From Candidatus Krumholzibacteriia bacterium (GTDB taxonomy: Bacteria > Krumholzibacteriota > Krumholzibacteriia > JAJRXK01), in contig DATFKK010000087.1 of assembly GCA_035268685.1 (NCBI GenBank), forward strand, positions 15,717 through 79,716: a stretch of 64,000 nucleotides of DNA, in the 5' to 3' direction. Position numbers and translations under genes: made by a program. This document shows, in pieces, positions 37,264-45,617 of the stretch. How positions within the stretch are numbered: the first letter of the stretch is position 1; every line of letters starts with the position of its first letter. Below the pieces are notes generated by a model, which searched no databases, was not told where the DNA came from, and saw only the letters and a program-made list of their open reading frames with translations.

Positions 37264-38675
37264 TCCGGAACCTGCTCGCCGTCCTGCTGTCCGCACTGGT
37301 CGTGGTTCCGGCAGCGCGGGCCCAGGAGCGTCCGAACCTCCTGATCCTGTCGATCGACACCCTGCGTGCCGACCACGTGTCGTGCTACGGATACGAACGA
37401 CCCACGACCCCGTCGATCGATCTGGTCGCCGCCAACGGAACCCGCTTCGCCGCGGCACGGTCGGTGGCGCCGTGGACCCTGCCGAGCTTCGCGAGCATGT
37501 TCACCGGTCGCTACCCGACCCGCCACGGGGCGGGGGCATCGGGTCCGGTGCGCAACGTCGCGACCGAGCCGCCGCGCATGCTCGCCGCGCGGGTCCCAAC
37601 GTTGGCCGAGGTCCTGCGCACGGCCGGCTACCGCACGCACGCGATCACCTCGAATCCCTACCTGCGTCTCGGTCCCGTCCGTGGCTTCGACGATCCGGTG
37701 GTCAAGGCGGTCCGTGCCGACCGGATCGGTGCGCTGAGCCGCGAATGGCTCGGTCGCCACGGCGACGACCGGCCGTGGTACCTGTGGGTCCACTTCAACG
37801 ATCCGCACGAGCCGACACGGGCCGCCGACGCGCAGCTCCGCGCGATCGGCGTCGACGAGGCCGTGCTCGACGACCCGCACCGTGGCGCACTGGAGCGCTG
37901 GGGCGACCGCGACGCCGGCACCTACCTCGGCAATCGTGCGAGCGAAGCCGAGGTCCGCGACATGCTGCGGACCAAGATCGCCCTCTACGACGCGACCATC
38001 CGGCAGGTCGATCTGGAGATCGGTCTGATCCTGGAGCTGCTCCAGCGGCGGGACCTGCTGCGCGACACGCTCGTGGTGATCGTCGCCGACCACGGCGAGG
38101 AGTTCCTCGACCACGCCGAGGAGGGTAGGGCCTGGAACCACGACCCGCGCGGCATCTGGGGGATCGGGCACGGCCACACGCTGTTCGAGGAGCAGCTCCA
38201 CGTTCCCCTGGTCCTCATGGGTCCGCGCGTCCGACCGAACCAGGTGATCGCCGAGCAGTTCCCGCTGACCGAACTGATGCCGACCGTGCTCGGCCTGCTC
38301 CGCGTGCGCGCACCCGAGGACATCGACGGCGAGAACCGCGTCGAGTGGATGCGCGACCGCCAGCGCGCGCCGATTCCCATGGCCGCCGAGAGCCTGGCCT
38401 ACGGCCCCGACTGGGTCGCGTGGATCGACGGCCGGTACAAGCTGATCGCCGATCGCCTGGGGCACGTCCAGGCCTTCTACGATCTCGAGCGCGATCCCTA
38501 CGAGCTCCACGATCTCGTGGCGCAGGTCGACAGCCTCGATGCCGGGATTCGTCTGCAGGAACGTCTGCGGGACTGGAACGACCGGGTGATCGCCGAGGCA
38601 CCCCCGGCCACCGCGGCCGGTGAACTCACCGACGAGATGCGCGAGGGTCTGCGCAGTCTGGGCTACGTGCAGTAG
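37260..38675 (+). CDS. sulfatase-like hydrolase/transferase (alkaline-phosphatase superfamily), secreted
   Basis: Signal peptide MIRNLLAVLLSALVVVPAARA. NLLILSIDTLRADHVSCYGY and VIVADHGEEF motifs. ATGA overlap with the PNP stop. Confidence 0.7.
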   Translation: MIRNLLAVLLSALVVVPAARAQERPNLLILSIDTLRADHVSCYGYERPTTPSIDLVAANGTRFAAARSVAPWTLPSFASMFTGRYPTRHGAGASGPVRNVATEPPRMLAARVPTLAEVLRTAGYRTHAITSNPYLRLGPVRGFDDPVVKAVRADRIGALSREWLGRHGDDRPWYLWVHFNDPHEPTRAADAQLRAIGVDEAVLDDPHRGALERWGDRDAGTYLGNRASEAEVRDMLRTKIALYDATIRQVDLEIGLILELLQRRDLLRDTLVVIVADHGEEFLDHAEEGRAWNHDPRGIWGIGHGHTLFEEQLHVPLVLMGPRVRPNQVIAEQFPLTELMPTVLGLLRVRAPEDIDGENRVEWMRDRQRAPIPMAAESLAYGPDWVAWIDGRYKLIADRLGHVQAFYDLERDPYELHDLVAQVDSLDAGIRLQERLRDWNDRVIAEAPPATAAGELTDEMREGLRSLGYVQ

Positions 38676-38679
38676 TCGA

Positions 38680-39066
38680 TCACACCGCGACGGGGTGCAG
38701 CTCACGGCTCAGGTGATCGAACAGGCGCTGCGCTTCGTCCATGTGGAAGGGCTTGCGCAGGCACCGGTGCGCCCCGCGCTGGAAGGCACGGTCGACCAGC
38801 CCGCTCTCCGAGAAGCTGCTCGCGGCGACGATCCGGGTGTTCCCGGCCAGGTCGAGCATGAACTCGCTCAGGGCGAAGGCGTCGACCTCGCCGGGCAGGT
38901 GCAGGTCGAGGATCACGACCTCGGGCTGCTCGCGTTTGAAACACTCGATCGCGTCGGATGCGCGTTCCACGGGTGGGAGGACCCGGAATCCCCTGGACTC
39001 GGCGGCCGCGATCAGCAGGTGCCGGTAGGTCGGATGGTCGTCGACGATCAGGACCCGGGTCTTCAT
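38680..39066 (-). CDS. stand-alone response-regulator receiver (CheY-like)
   Basis: MKTRVLIVDDHPTYRHLL...VVILDLHLPGE...CLRKPF. No output domain. Confidence 0.65.
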   Translation of the reverse strand: MKTRVLIVDDHPTYRHLLIAAAESRGFRVLPPVERASDAIECFKREQPEVVILDLHLPGEVDAFALSEFMLDLAGNTRIVAASSFSESGLVDRAFQRGAHRCLRKPFHMDEAQRLFDHLSRELHPVAV

Positions 39067-39279
39067 CGGAGGCGCGCTCCGCGCGGCGGGAGGGGCGACG
39101 GGACGTGTCGCCTGCGGCCCGAGCAACCAGGATGCCCGGAGCTACCCGGCCGTCACGGGGCGCGTCGCGGAACGTCGAGGAGTGAGTCGCCGGCCGGCGC
39201 GCGGAAGAGGGGACCGGGTCCGCTGCATTCCGCAACTTCCGGCGCCGGACCGGCACGGACGACTCGCACGGCGGGTTCC

Positions 39280-40362
39280 TCAGTTGCCGCCCTCGACGGT
39301 GCGGAGCTCCAGGGAGTCGAGGGTCATCGACGGCGGGCGGTAGCGCAGCAGACAACCCACACCACCCACGCGGTCGAGGCGATCGTTGCCGCCGACGAAC
39401 TCGACGGTGCAGCCGCGGCGCTGGGCAGCACGCAGGATCGGCTCGCGGCCGTCGGTGTCGTAGTCGTGCGCCATGATCAAGAGGTCGGCCTGGTCGTGCT
39501 CGAGCGCGGCGAGGCATCGGCGTGCACCCACCACGGCGAGCCCGTCGCGGTACAAGGCGTCGAAGAGAGCGTCGACCAACGACAGCGACTCGCGCTGTTC
39601 CTCCTCGACGAAGGTGGACAGTGTCGCGGTGACGACGTCCTCCACCGACGTCCGGCCGCTGGCCGGGAGCTGGTCGATCACGATCTCGCGGAGTCGCCCG
39701 GGAAGAGCATCGCGGACCTGCGCCAGGAGCCGCGGCACGCCGGCGAGCACCAGGTGCTGGTAGCCGCCGGTGTCCGTCCGTGCCTCGAGGACGCCGATCA
39801 TCTCCTTCACGAAACGCTGTGTGCGATCGCGTCGATGATTGCGGTAGTGCTCCCGGGTCCACTCGCGGCCGACACGACGGCGGATCTCGGGCCGCTCCTT
39901 CCAGATCTGCCGGGTCACCGCGCCCAGGTGTACCTCGAGGATCCGCATGCTGTCCTCGGTGCAGAGCAACACCACGTAGCGATGGAAGGCATCCTTGAGT
40001 GCGCACAGGTCGTACACGCTGGGCAAGGTGTCGACGACGACCGCCTCGCGGGACATCTCGACACGGAACTCCAGCGGCAGGAAGACGGGGTCACCGCCTC
40101 CGCGGGCGTAGACGACGGCGCCGCGGGTGTCGGCGGCCAGGTCGTCGTCGATCCAGCGCTCGATCCGGGTCCGGGCTTCGTCCAGGCTGTGCCGGCGATC
40201 GGCGGGAAGGTCCGTCAGGACGGGCCGGATCCGCTGCTGCAGGCGCTGGCGGATCGCCGACCGACCCCCGGTGCAGTCGAGAACGGCGGTGATGAGGTGG
40301 TCGTCGGTTTCGTCGAGCGTTGCGATGTGGCGCAACGACTGCTCGAGGTCTTCGATTCTCAT
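39280..40362 (-). CDS. bacterial aeRF1/Pelota-like release-factor-family (baeRF) protein
   Basis: C-terminal eRF1-domain-3-like GLAVVGARRCLAALEHDQADLLIMAHDYD ... GCTVEFVGGNDRLDRVGGVGCLLRY (compare the eRF1/Pelota GGIAAILRY end motif). Central VVYARGGGDPVFLPLEF. Confidence 0.55.
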   Translation of the reverse strand: MRIEDLEQSLRHIATLDETDDHLITAVLDCTGGRSAIRQRLQQRIRPVLTDLPADRRHSLDEARTRIERWIDDDLAADTRGAVVYARGGGDPVFLPLEFRVEMSREAVVVDTLPSVYDLCALKDAFHRYVVLLCTEDSMRILEVHLGAVTRQIWKERPEIRRRVGREWTREHYRNHRRDRTQRFVKEMIGVLEARTDTGGYQHLVLAGVPRLLAQVRDALPGRLREIVIDQLPASGRTSVEDVVTATLSTFVEEEQRESLSLVDALFDALYRDGLAVVGARRCLAALEHDQADLLIMAHDYDTDGREPILRAAQRRGCTVEFVGGNDRLDRVGGVGCLLRYRPPSMTLDSLELRTVEGGN

Positions 40363-40375
40363 GGGTCCTCCCCGA

Positions 40376-40735
40376 TCAGCTCTCGGCCGCGGGAGGTTCC
40401 TGGACGGTCACCGCACGTGGGCGGCGCTCGAAGAGTCGTCGCCGGGTGAGCTCGTCGCGCACACGGCGTGCGGCCCGGCGGGAAGCAACGGCGGCCGAGG
40501 CCTCCGCATCTACGCCCTGCGCCTCAACGTAGAGCTTCGGCCCCGACCGCAGGTCCACTTCGACGAGGCATCGATGATCGATGCCGCCTCGGGGACCGTT
40601 CTCGTCGTTCACCTTCACGGTGACGGTCGAGATCCGATCGGCGAAACGTGCCAACGCGAACTGGATGCGCCGTGTCACGATCTCCTGCTGCCGTCCGTCC
40701 GACGAAACCCCGTGGATGTGCAGGTCGATCCGCAT
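40376..40735 (-). CDS. HPF/RaiA/YfiA-like ribosome hibernation factor (short form)
   Basis: MRIDLHIHGVSSDG..RIQFALARFADRISTVTVKVNDENGP...LVEVDLRSGPKLYVEAQGVD parallels the HPF pattern (M.I.I.G..V.....R...KL..L.R.F.RI..V.V....E). Confidence 0.55.
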   Translation of the reverse strand: MRIDLHIHGVSSDGRQQEIVTRRIQFALARFADRISTVTVKVNDENGPRGGIDHRCLVEVDLRSGPKLYVEAQGVDAEASAAVASRRAARRVRDELTRRRLFERRPRAVTVQEPPAAES

Positions 40736-40835
40736 GGCCTCCGCCCCGTGGGGGCGCCCCTGACGGGACGTCGCGCCGGCGACCGTTCCGCCGTCGCAAG
40801 GGCAGGATAGTGCGGATCCTTCTTCGCGGTAGTAG

Positions 40836-40890
40836 ATAATTCGACACCGAATGATAGGTCTGGCCAATAGTCGAACGAGAGGGCGACGGC
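40836..40890 (+). promoter_or_regulatory. divergent promoter/LysR-box region (TTCGAC-N24-GTCGAA palindrome, AT-rich)
   Basis: Locally AT-rich. Inverted repeat ttcgac...gtcgaa lies between the divergent LysR and HPF-baeRF genes. Confidence 0.3.
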
Positions 40891-40891
40891 G

Positions 40892-41797
40892 ATGCTCGAG
40901 CTCAACTACCAGCACCTGTACTACTTCTGGGTGGTGGTGCGCGAGGGGACGGTGACCGCGGCGAGTCGACGCGTCCACCGTTCCCAACCCACCCTCACCG
41001 CCCAGATCCGTGCGCTCGAGGAGCAACTCGGCGAGCCGTTGTTCGAGCGTCAGGGGCGGCGCCTCGTGCCCACGACCACCGGTGAGACCGTGTACCGCTA
41101 CGCCGACGAGATCTTCTCGCTCGGTGCCGAGCTGGTCGACGCGGTGCGCGGCCGGACGGGCGACGTGCGGCAGCGCCTGCACGTGGGGGTGAGCGACGTG
41201 TTGCCGAAGTTGATCGCGCACCGTCTGCTGACGCCCGCGCTGCGCATGGAATTCCCGGTGAGCCTGGTGTGCACCGAAGGTCCTCCGCGCGAGCTGCTGG
41301 GACGACTGGCCGTCCACGAACTCGACCTGGTGCTGACCGACGCTCCCATTGGTGCCGATGTGCACGTGCGAGCGTACAACCACCCCCTGGGTGAGTGCGG
41401 CGTCACGGTCTTCGGCACGCGGGATCTGGTCGATGCTTTCGGGGCGGGCTTCCCGGCGTCGTTGGACGGGGCGCCGTTCCTGTTGCCGGTCGACGGGTCG
41501 ATGCTCCGCCGCGGTCTGCAGCGGTGGTTCGACACCCACAACCTCGCCGTCGACGTGGTGGGCGAGTTCGCCGACAGCGCGCTCATGAAGACCTTCGCGC
41601 AGCAGGGCGTCGGGCTCATGGCCGGGCCTTCGGTGATCGAGTCCGAGATCTGCGGACAGTACGGGGTCGGGGTCGTGGGGCGAACCGGCGAAGTCCGCGA
41701 ACGCTTCTACGCGATCTCGGTCGAGCGCAAGGTCACGCACCCGGCGGTGCTGGCCGTCACCGAGCGCGCGCGCGAGGAGCTGTTCGCCGCGTCGTGA
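40892..41797 (+). CDS. LysR-family transcriptional regulator
   Basis: N-terminal HTH LNYQHLYYFWVVVREGTVTAASRRVHRSQPTLTAQIRALEEQLGEPLFER plus a LysR substrate-binding domain. Confidence 0.85.
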   Translation: MLELNYQHLYYFWVVVREGTVTAASRRVHRSQPTLTAQIRALEEQLGEPLFERQGRRLVPTTTGETVYRYADEIFSLGAELVDAVRGRTGDVRQRLHVGVSDVLPKLIAHRLLTPALRMEFPVSLVCTEGPPRELLGRLAVHELDLVLTDAPIGADVHVRAYNHPLGECGVTVFGTRDLVDAFGAGFPASLDGAPFLLPVDGSMLRRGLQRWFDTHNLAVDVVGEFADSALMKTFAQQGVGLMAGPSVIESEICGQYGVGVVGRTGEVRERFYAISVERKVTHPAVLAVTERAREELFAAS

Positions 41798-41807
41798 CCG
41801 GTCGGTC

Positions 41808-43046
41808 TCAGAGCATGATCCCTGCGATCGCCGCGGTCATGCTGGAGGCCAGCGCGCCGCCCATCATGGCCCGCAGGCCGAGGCGCGAGAGGTCGTGTCG
41901 ACGGTTCGGGGCCAGGGCACCGATCCCGCCGATCTGGATCGAGATCGAACTGAAGTTGGCGAAGCCGCACAGCGAGTAGGTGGCGATGGTGATCGCCCGC
42001 TCGCTCATGGCACCCTCGGCGACCAGACGACCCAGCTCGGCGAAGGCCACGAACTCGTTGATCGCCAGCTTCTGCCCCAGCAATCCGGCGACGGCGAAGC
42101 AGTCGGCGGCGGGCACGCCCAGGCTCCAGGCCACCGGCCAGAGCACGTAGCCGAAGATCTCCTGCAACGAGGCCGGCCACGCGGTCAGGCCGACGGCGGC
42201 CATCCACGAGGCCAGCGAACCGAGGAGTGCGTTCACGAGTGCCACGAGGGCGATGAAGGCCAGCAGCATGGCGCCGACGTTCAGGGCGAGCTTCAGGCCC
42301 TGCGATGCGCCATCGGCGGCGGCGTCGATCACGTTCACGGTCTCGCGTTCGTCCCGGATCTCGACGCCGCCCTTGGTCAGGCTGGTCTCGGTCTCGGGGA
42401 TGAGGATCCGCGCCATCACCAGCGCCGCCGGCGCACTCATCACGCTCGCGGCCAGGAGGTGCCCGGCGTCGACACCGAAGGCGATGTAGCCGGCCAGGAC
42501 GCTGCCCGCGATGGTGGCCATGCCGCCCGTCATCAGGACCATGAGTTCGGCGCGGGTCATCCGGGCGATGTAGGGGCGCACCACGAGGGGAGCCTCGGTC
42601 TGGCCGATGAACACGTTCGCCGCCACCGACAGCGACTCCGAACCGCTCACTCCCATGAGCCGTTTCATGCCCCGCGCCAGGAACAGCACCAGACGTTGCA
42701 TGATGCCGAGGTGGTACAGGACGCCCATCAGCGCGCTGAAGAACACGATCACCGGCAGCACACGGAAGGCGAAGACGAAGCCGACCGGACCGTCCGCCTC
42801 CATGAGGGGGCCGAACAGGAAACGGCTGCCGTCCTCGGTGAACGACAGCAGGGTGACCGCTCCGTCTCGGATCAGCTCGAGGATCCGCTGCCCCGGTGGG
42901 AACAGATGTACGAACGCAGCGAAGATGATCTGCAGGGTCAATCCGGCGCCGACGAGGCGCCAGTCGATGCGGCGACGATTGGTGCTGAAGAGGACGGCGA
43001 TGCCCACCAGGACACCCAGCCCGAGCACGCTGACGAGACGTTCCAT
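41808..43046 (-). CDS. nupC: NupC/CNT-family concentrative nucleoside transporter
   Basis: CNT-family layout and motifs (GQTEAPLVVRPYI, ATYSLCGFANFSSI). ATG 43046 (MERLVSVLG). Confidence 0.8.
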   Translation of the reverse strand: MERLVSVLGLGVLVGIAVLFSTNRRRIDWRLVGAGLTLQIIFAAFVHLFPPGQRILELIRDGAVTLLSFTEDGSRFLFGPLMEADGPVGFVFAFRVLPVIVFFSALMGVLYHLGIMQRLVLFLARGMKRLMGVSGSESLSVAANVFIGQTEAPLVVRPYIARMTRAELMVLMTGGMATIAGSVLAGYIAFGVDAGHLLAASVMSAPAALVMARILIPETETSLTKGGVEIRDERETVNVIDAAADGASQGLKLALNVGAMLLAFIALVALVNALLGSLASWMAAVGLTAWPASLQEIFGYVLWPVAWSLGVPAADCFAVAGLLGQKLAINEFVAFAELGRLVAEGAMSERAITIATYSLCGFANFSSISIQIGGIGALAPNRRHDLSRLGLRAMMGGALASSMTAAIAGIML

Positions 43047-43168
43047 CCGGCCAGAGTCCGCCAAGCTCGTGCGGGCGTCAAGCACCCGCGTTGACGACCG
43101 CCACCCGGCTGCGTAGCATGGCGGGAATCGTGCCGCCGCCCGAACCGCTCACCGCGGAGATCGAAACC

Positions 43169-43849
43169 ATGGACCACGCCTCCGTCCAACCCGTCGTCAT
43201 CGGTATCGCCGGAGGCTCGGGCAGTGGGAAGACCACGGTGGCCCTGCGGGTCCAGGAGCGTTTCCCGCAGCGGACCGTCGAGATCATCCACCACGACAGT
43301 TACTACCACGATCACCCCAACCTCGACGACGAATCCCGGGCCGCGATCAACTACGATCACCCCGCGGCCTTCGAGACCTCTCTGCTCGTCTCCCACCTCG
43401 ACGATCTACGGGCCGGGCGCGAGGTCGAGCGCCCGATCTACGACTACTCCACGCATCGTCGTCGCTCCGAGTCCGAGGTCGTCCACCCGGCCGACATCGT
43501 GTTCGTCGAGGGGATCCTCGTGCTCGAGAACGCGGATCTACGCGCCCGCATGGACATCCGGCTCTTCGTCGACGTCGACAGCGACGAGCGTTTCATCCGT
43601 CGCCTGGGTCGCGACATGGAGGAGCGCGGCCGGTCGATCGGATCGGTCATCGAACAGTACCGCGACACGGTGCGTCCCATGCACCGGCAGTTCGTCGCCC
43701 CGAGCAAACGCTGGGCCCATGTGATCATTCCCGAGGGCGGCCACAACGTGGTCGCCATCGACATGATCTGCGCCAAGATCCACGACGTGCTGCGGCAGCG
43801 TGGACGTGCCGAAGGCACACCCGCCGGCCGTGAAGGAGTCTCCCCGTGA
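43169..43849 (+). CDS. udk: uridine kinase
   Basis: P-loop VVIGIAGGSGSGKTT. Udk motifs HDSYYHD, NYDHPAAFE, DIVFVEGIL. Start ATG 43169; an alternative upstream start exists. Confidence 0.8.
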   Translation: MDHASVQPVVIGIAGGSGSGKTTVALRVQERFPQRTVEIIHHDSYYHDHPNLDDESRAAINYDHPAAFETSLLVSHLDDLRAGREVERPIYDYSTHRRRSESEVVHPADIVFVEGILVLENADLRARMDIRLFVDVDSDERFIRRLGRDMEERGRSIGSVIEQYRDTVRPMHRQFVAPSKRWAHVIIPEGGHNVVAIDMICAKIHDVLRQRGRAEGTPAGREGVSP

Positions 43850-44397
43850 GCCACGACGACCTCGAGATCGTCGAGCGCGACCCGCTCATCGAGCGCGTGC
43901 TCGTCTCGTCCGACGACATCCAACGCCGGGTCGCCGAGCTCGGTCGCGAGATCAGTGTGGCCTACCAGGGACGCACGCCGATCCTGGTCAGCATCCTGAA
44001 GGGAGGCGTGGTCTTCCTGGCCGATCTCATGCGGCGGATCAGTGTGCATCACGAAATCGACTTCATGTCGATCAGCAGTTACCAGGGACGGCAGAGCACG
44101 GGCGTCGTGAAGATCAACATGGACCTCAAGGGTTCGATCTCCGAGCGCGACGTCCTGATCGTCGAGGACATCGTCGACACGGGCTACACGCTCGACTACC
44201 TGCAGGAGATCCTTTGGGCGCGACGCCCGCGGTCGCTCGAAGTGTGCTCGCTGTTGAACAAGGCGGACGCCCGCCGCAAGGAGGTCTCGATCGACTACGT
44301 CGGCTTCGACATCCCCGACGAATTCGTGATCGGCTACGGGCTGGACTACGACGAGAAGTACCGGAATCTGCCGTTCATCGCGGTGATGAAGGGCTGA
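43846..44397 (+). CDS. hpt: hypoxanthine(-guanine) phosphoribosyltransferase
   Basis: PRPP-binding VLIVEDIVDTGYTL. HPRT N-terminal pattern. GTGA overlap with the udk stop. Confidence 0.85.
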   Translation: MSHDDLEIVERDPLIERVLVSSDDIQRRVAELGREISVAYQGRTPILVSILKGGVVFLADLMRRISVHHEIDFMSISSYQGRQSTGVVKINMDLKGSISERDVLIVEDIVDTGYTLDYLQEILWARRPRSLEVCSLLNKADARRKEVSIDYVGFDIPDEFVIGYGLDYDEKYRNLPFIAVMKG

Positions 44398-44440
44398 TCC
44401 GGGCCGCTCCGGAGCACGCCGAGAAGGGCCTCGAACGGGC

Positions 44441-44474
44441 CCCGGAGGAGCCCCTCCGGGGCCCGGGTTTTTTT
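44441..44474 (+). terminator. rho-independent terminator after hpt
   Basis: Perfect 8-bp stem cccggagg/cctccggg with a 4-nt loop, followed after 7 nt by a T7 run. Confidence 0.5.
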
Positions 44475-44582
44475 CTTGCATCGGCCGGTCGGCATCCTTA
44501 ACTGTCGGCGTCCGCGCGATCCGTGACCCCGCCCGGACTCCCCGTCCACCTCCCACTCAACTCGAGCCCCGGAGTTGAACCC

Positions 44583-44828
44583 ATGGATCACGAGCTCGAC
44601 CCCCGCCTCCTGCTCGCGGCCGACTACGACGACGACGACTACGAGGACGACTTCGAGGACGACACGACCGAGGACGAGGATCTCGACGCGGTCGCGTTCG
44701 ACGCCGACTTCGACGAGGACGCGGTGGTGGACGACGAAGACGATTCCGAAGACCTCGACGACGACGACGACGACGACTTCGACGACGACTACGACGACGA
44801 CGACGATTTCGACGACGACGAGTACTGA
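44583..44828 (+). CDS. highly acidic (Asp/Glu-rich) small protein
   Basis: MDHELDPRLLLAADYDDDDYEDDFEDD...DDDEY, 81 aa of which >60% are D/E. GGAG Shine-Dalgarno. Follows the terminator and a weak promoter-like TTGCAT-N16-TTAACT. Confidence 0.4.
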   Translation: MDHELDPRLLLAADYDDDDYEDDFEDDTTEDEDLDAVAFDADFDEDAVVDDEDDSEDLDDDDDDDFDDDYDDDDDFDDDEY

Positions 44829-44853
44829 TCCTCGGAATCCGGCCCGGGAGTGC

Positions 44854-45528
44854 TCATCCGAGGTCGAGCAGCTGGGTCAACCGTTCCGAAGTCGCACTCA
44901 GGTCGGCCACCACGTGGTCGGCAGCGCTGAGTTCACTCTCCCCGTGAGGGCCCGTCCGTACCGCCATCACGCGGCACCCTGCCGCCCGCGCCGCTTCCAC
45001 GTCGTTCACCGTGTCCCCGATCACCCAGACCTCGGCGGGGTCGAAGTCCACGTCGTAGTGGGAGCGGGCGTCGTCGAGTGCGGCGCGCACCAGATCGGCC
45101 CGGACCTCGTGGTCGCCGCCGAATCCCCCCACCGGGAAGTACCGGTCCAGCCCGAAGCGCGCGAGTTTCACGTAGGCACTGTCGCGGATGTTGCCCGTGC
45201 CCAGGGCCAGGGCCGCGCCCTGGTGTCCGTGCAGGGCCTCGACGAGTTCGCGGGCCCCGGGGAGCACGTGGGGGCCTTCGGCCGTGGCGTAGTGGTCGCG
45301 CATGCGCCGGGTGAATGCAGCCGCGAAGGCGTCGAAGTGGCGCTCGTAGTCGACGTCGGCGCCGAGCATGAGGCGGAAGATCCCCCGGTCGGTGTTGCCG
45401 TGGAAGCGCACCGTGTCGGATTCGGGCTCGCGGCCGACGACCTCGGCGAAGCTCTCGCCGAAGAGGCGACGCGTGATGGGTCCGTTCAGCAGGATCGTGC
45501 CGTCGATGTCGAAGACGATCAGTCGCAT
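44854..45528 (-). CDS. HAD-superfamily hydrolase
   Basis: Motif I MRLIVFDIDGT. Motif IV VWVIGDTVNDVEAARAAG. ATG 45528. Confidence 0.7.
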   Translation of the reverse strand: MRLIVFDIDGTILLNGPITRRLFGESFAEVVGREPESDTVRFHGNTDRGIFRLMLGADVDYERHFDAFAAAFTRRMRDHYATAEGPHVLPGARELVEALHGHQGAALALGTGNIRDSAYVKLARFGLDRYFPVGGFGGDHEVRADLVRAALDDARSHYDVDFDPAEVWVIGDTVNDVEAARAAGCRVMAVRTGPHGESELSAADHVVADLSATSERLTQLLDLG

Positions 45529-45617
45529 GGTGCTCCGTCGGGCGGGGGCAACGTCGGCATGGTAGGCTCGGGTCGGGTCTTCGGCATCCCGCGGGCCGGT
45601 TCGCGACGAATCGGGGT

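Noticed and set aside
40376-41740. 454-aa minus ORF
   Set aside because: Only the last 119 codons (HPF-like, from ATG 40735) are supported. The remainder is antisense to the LysR gene.
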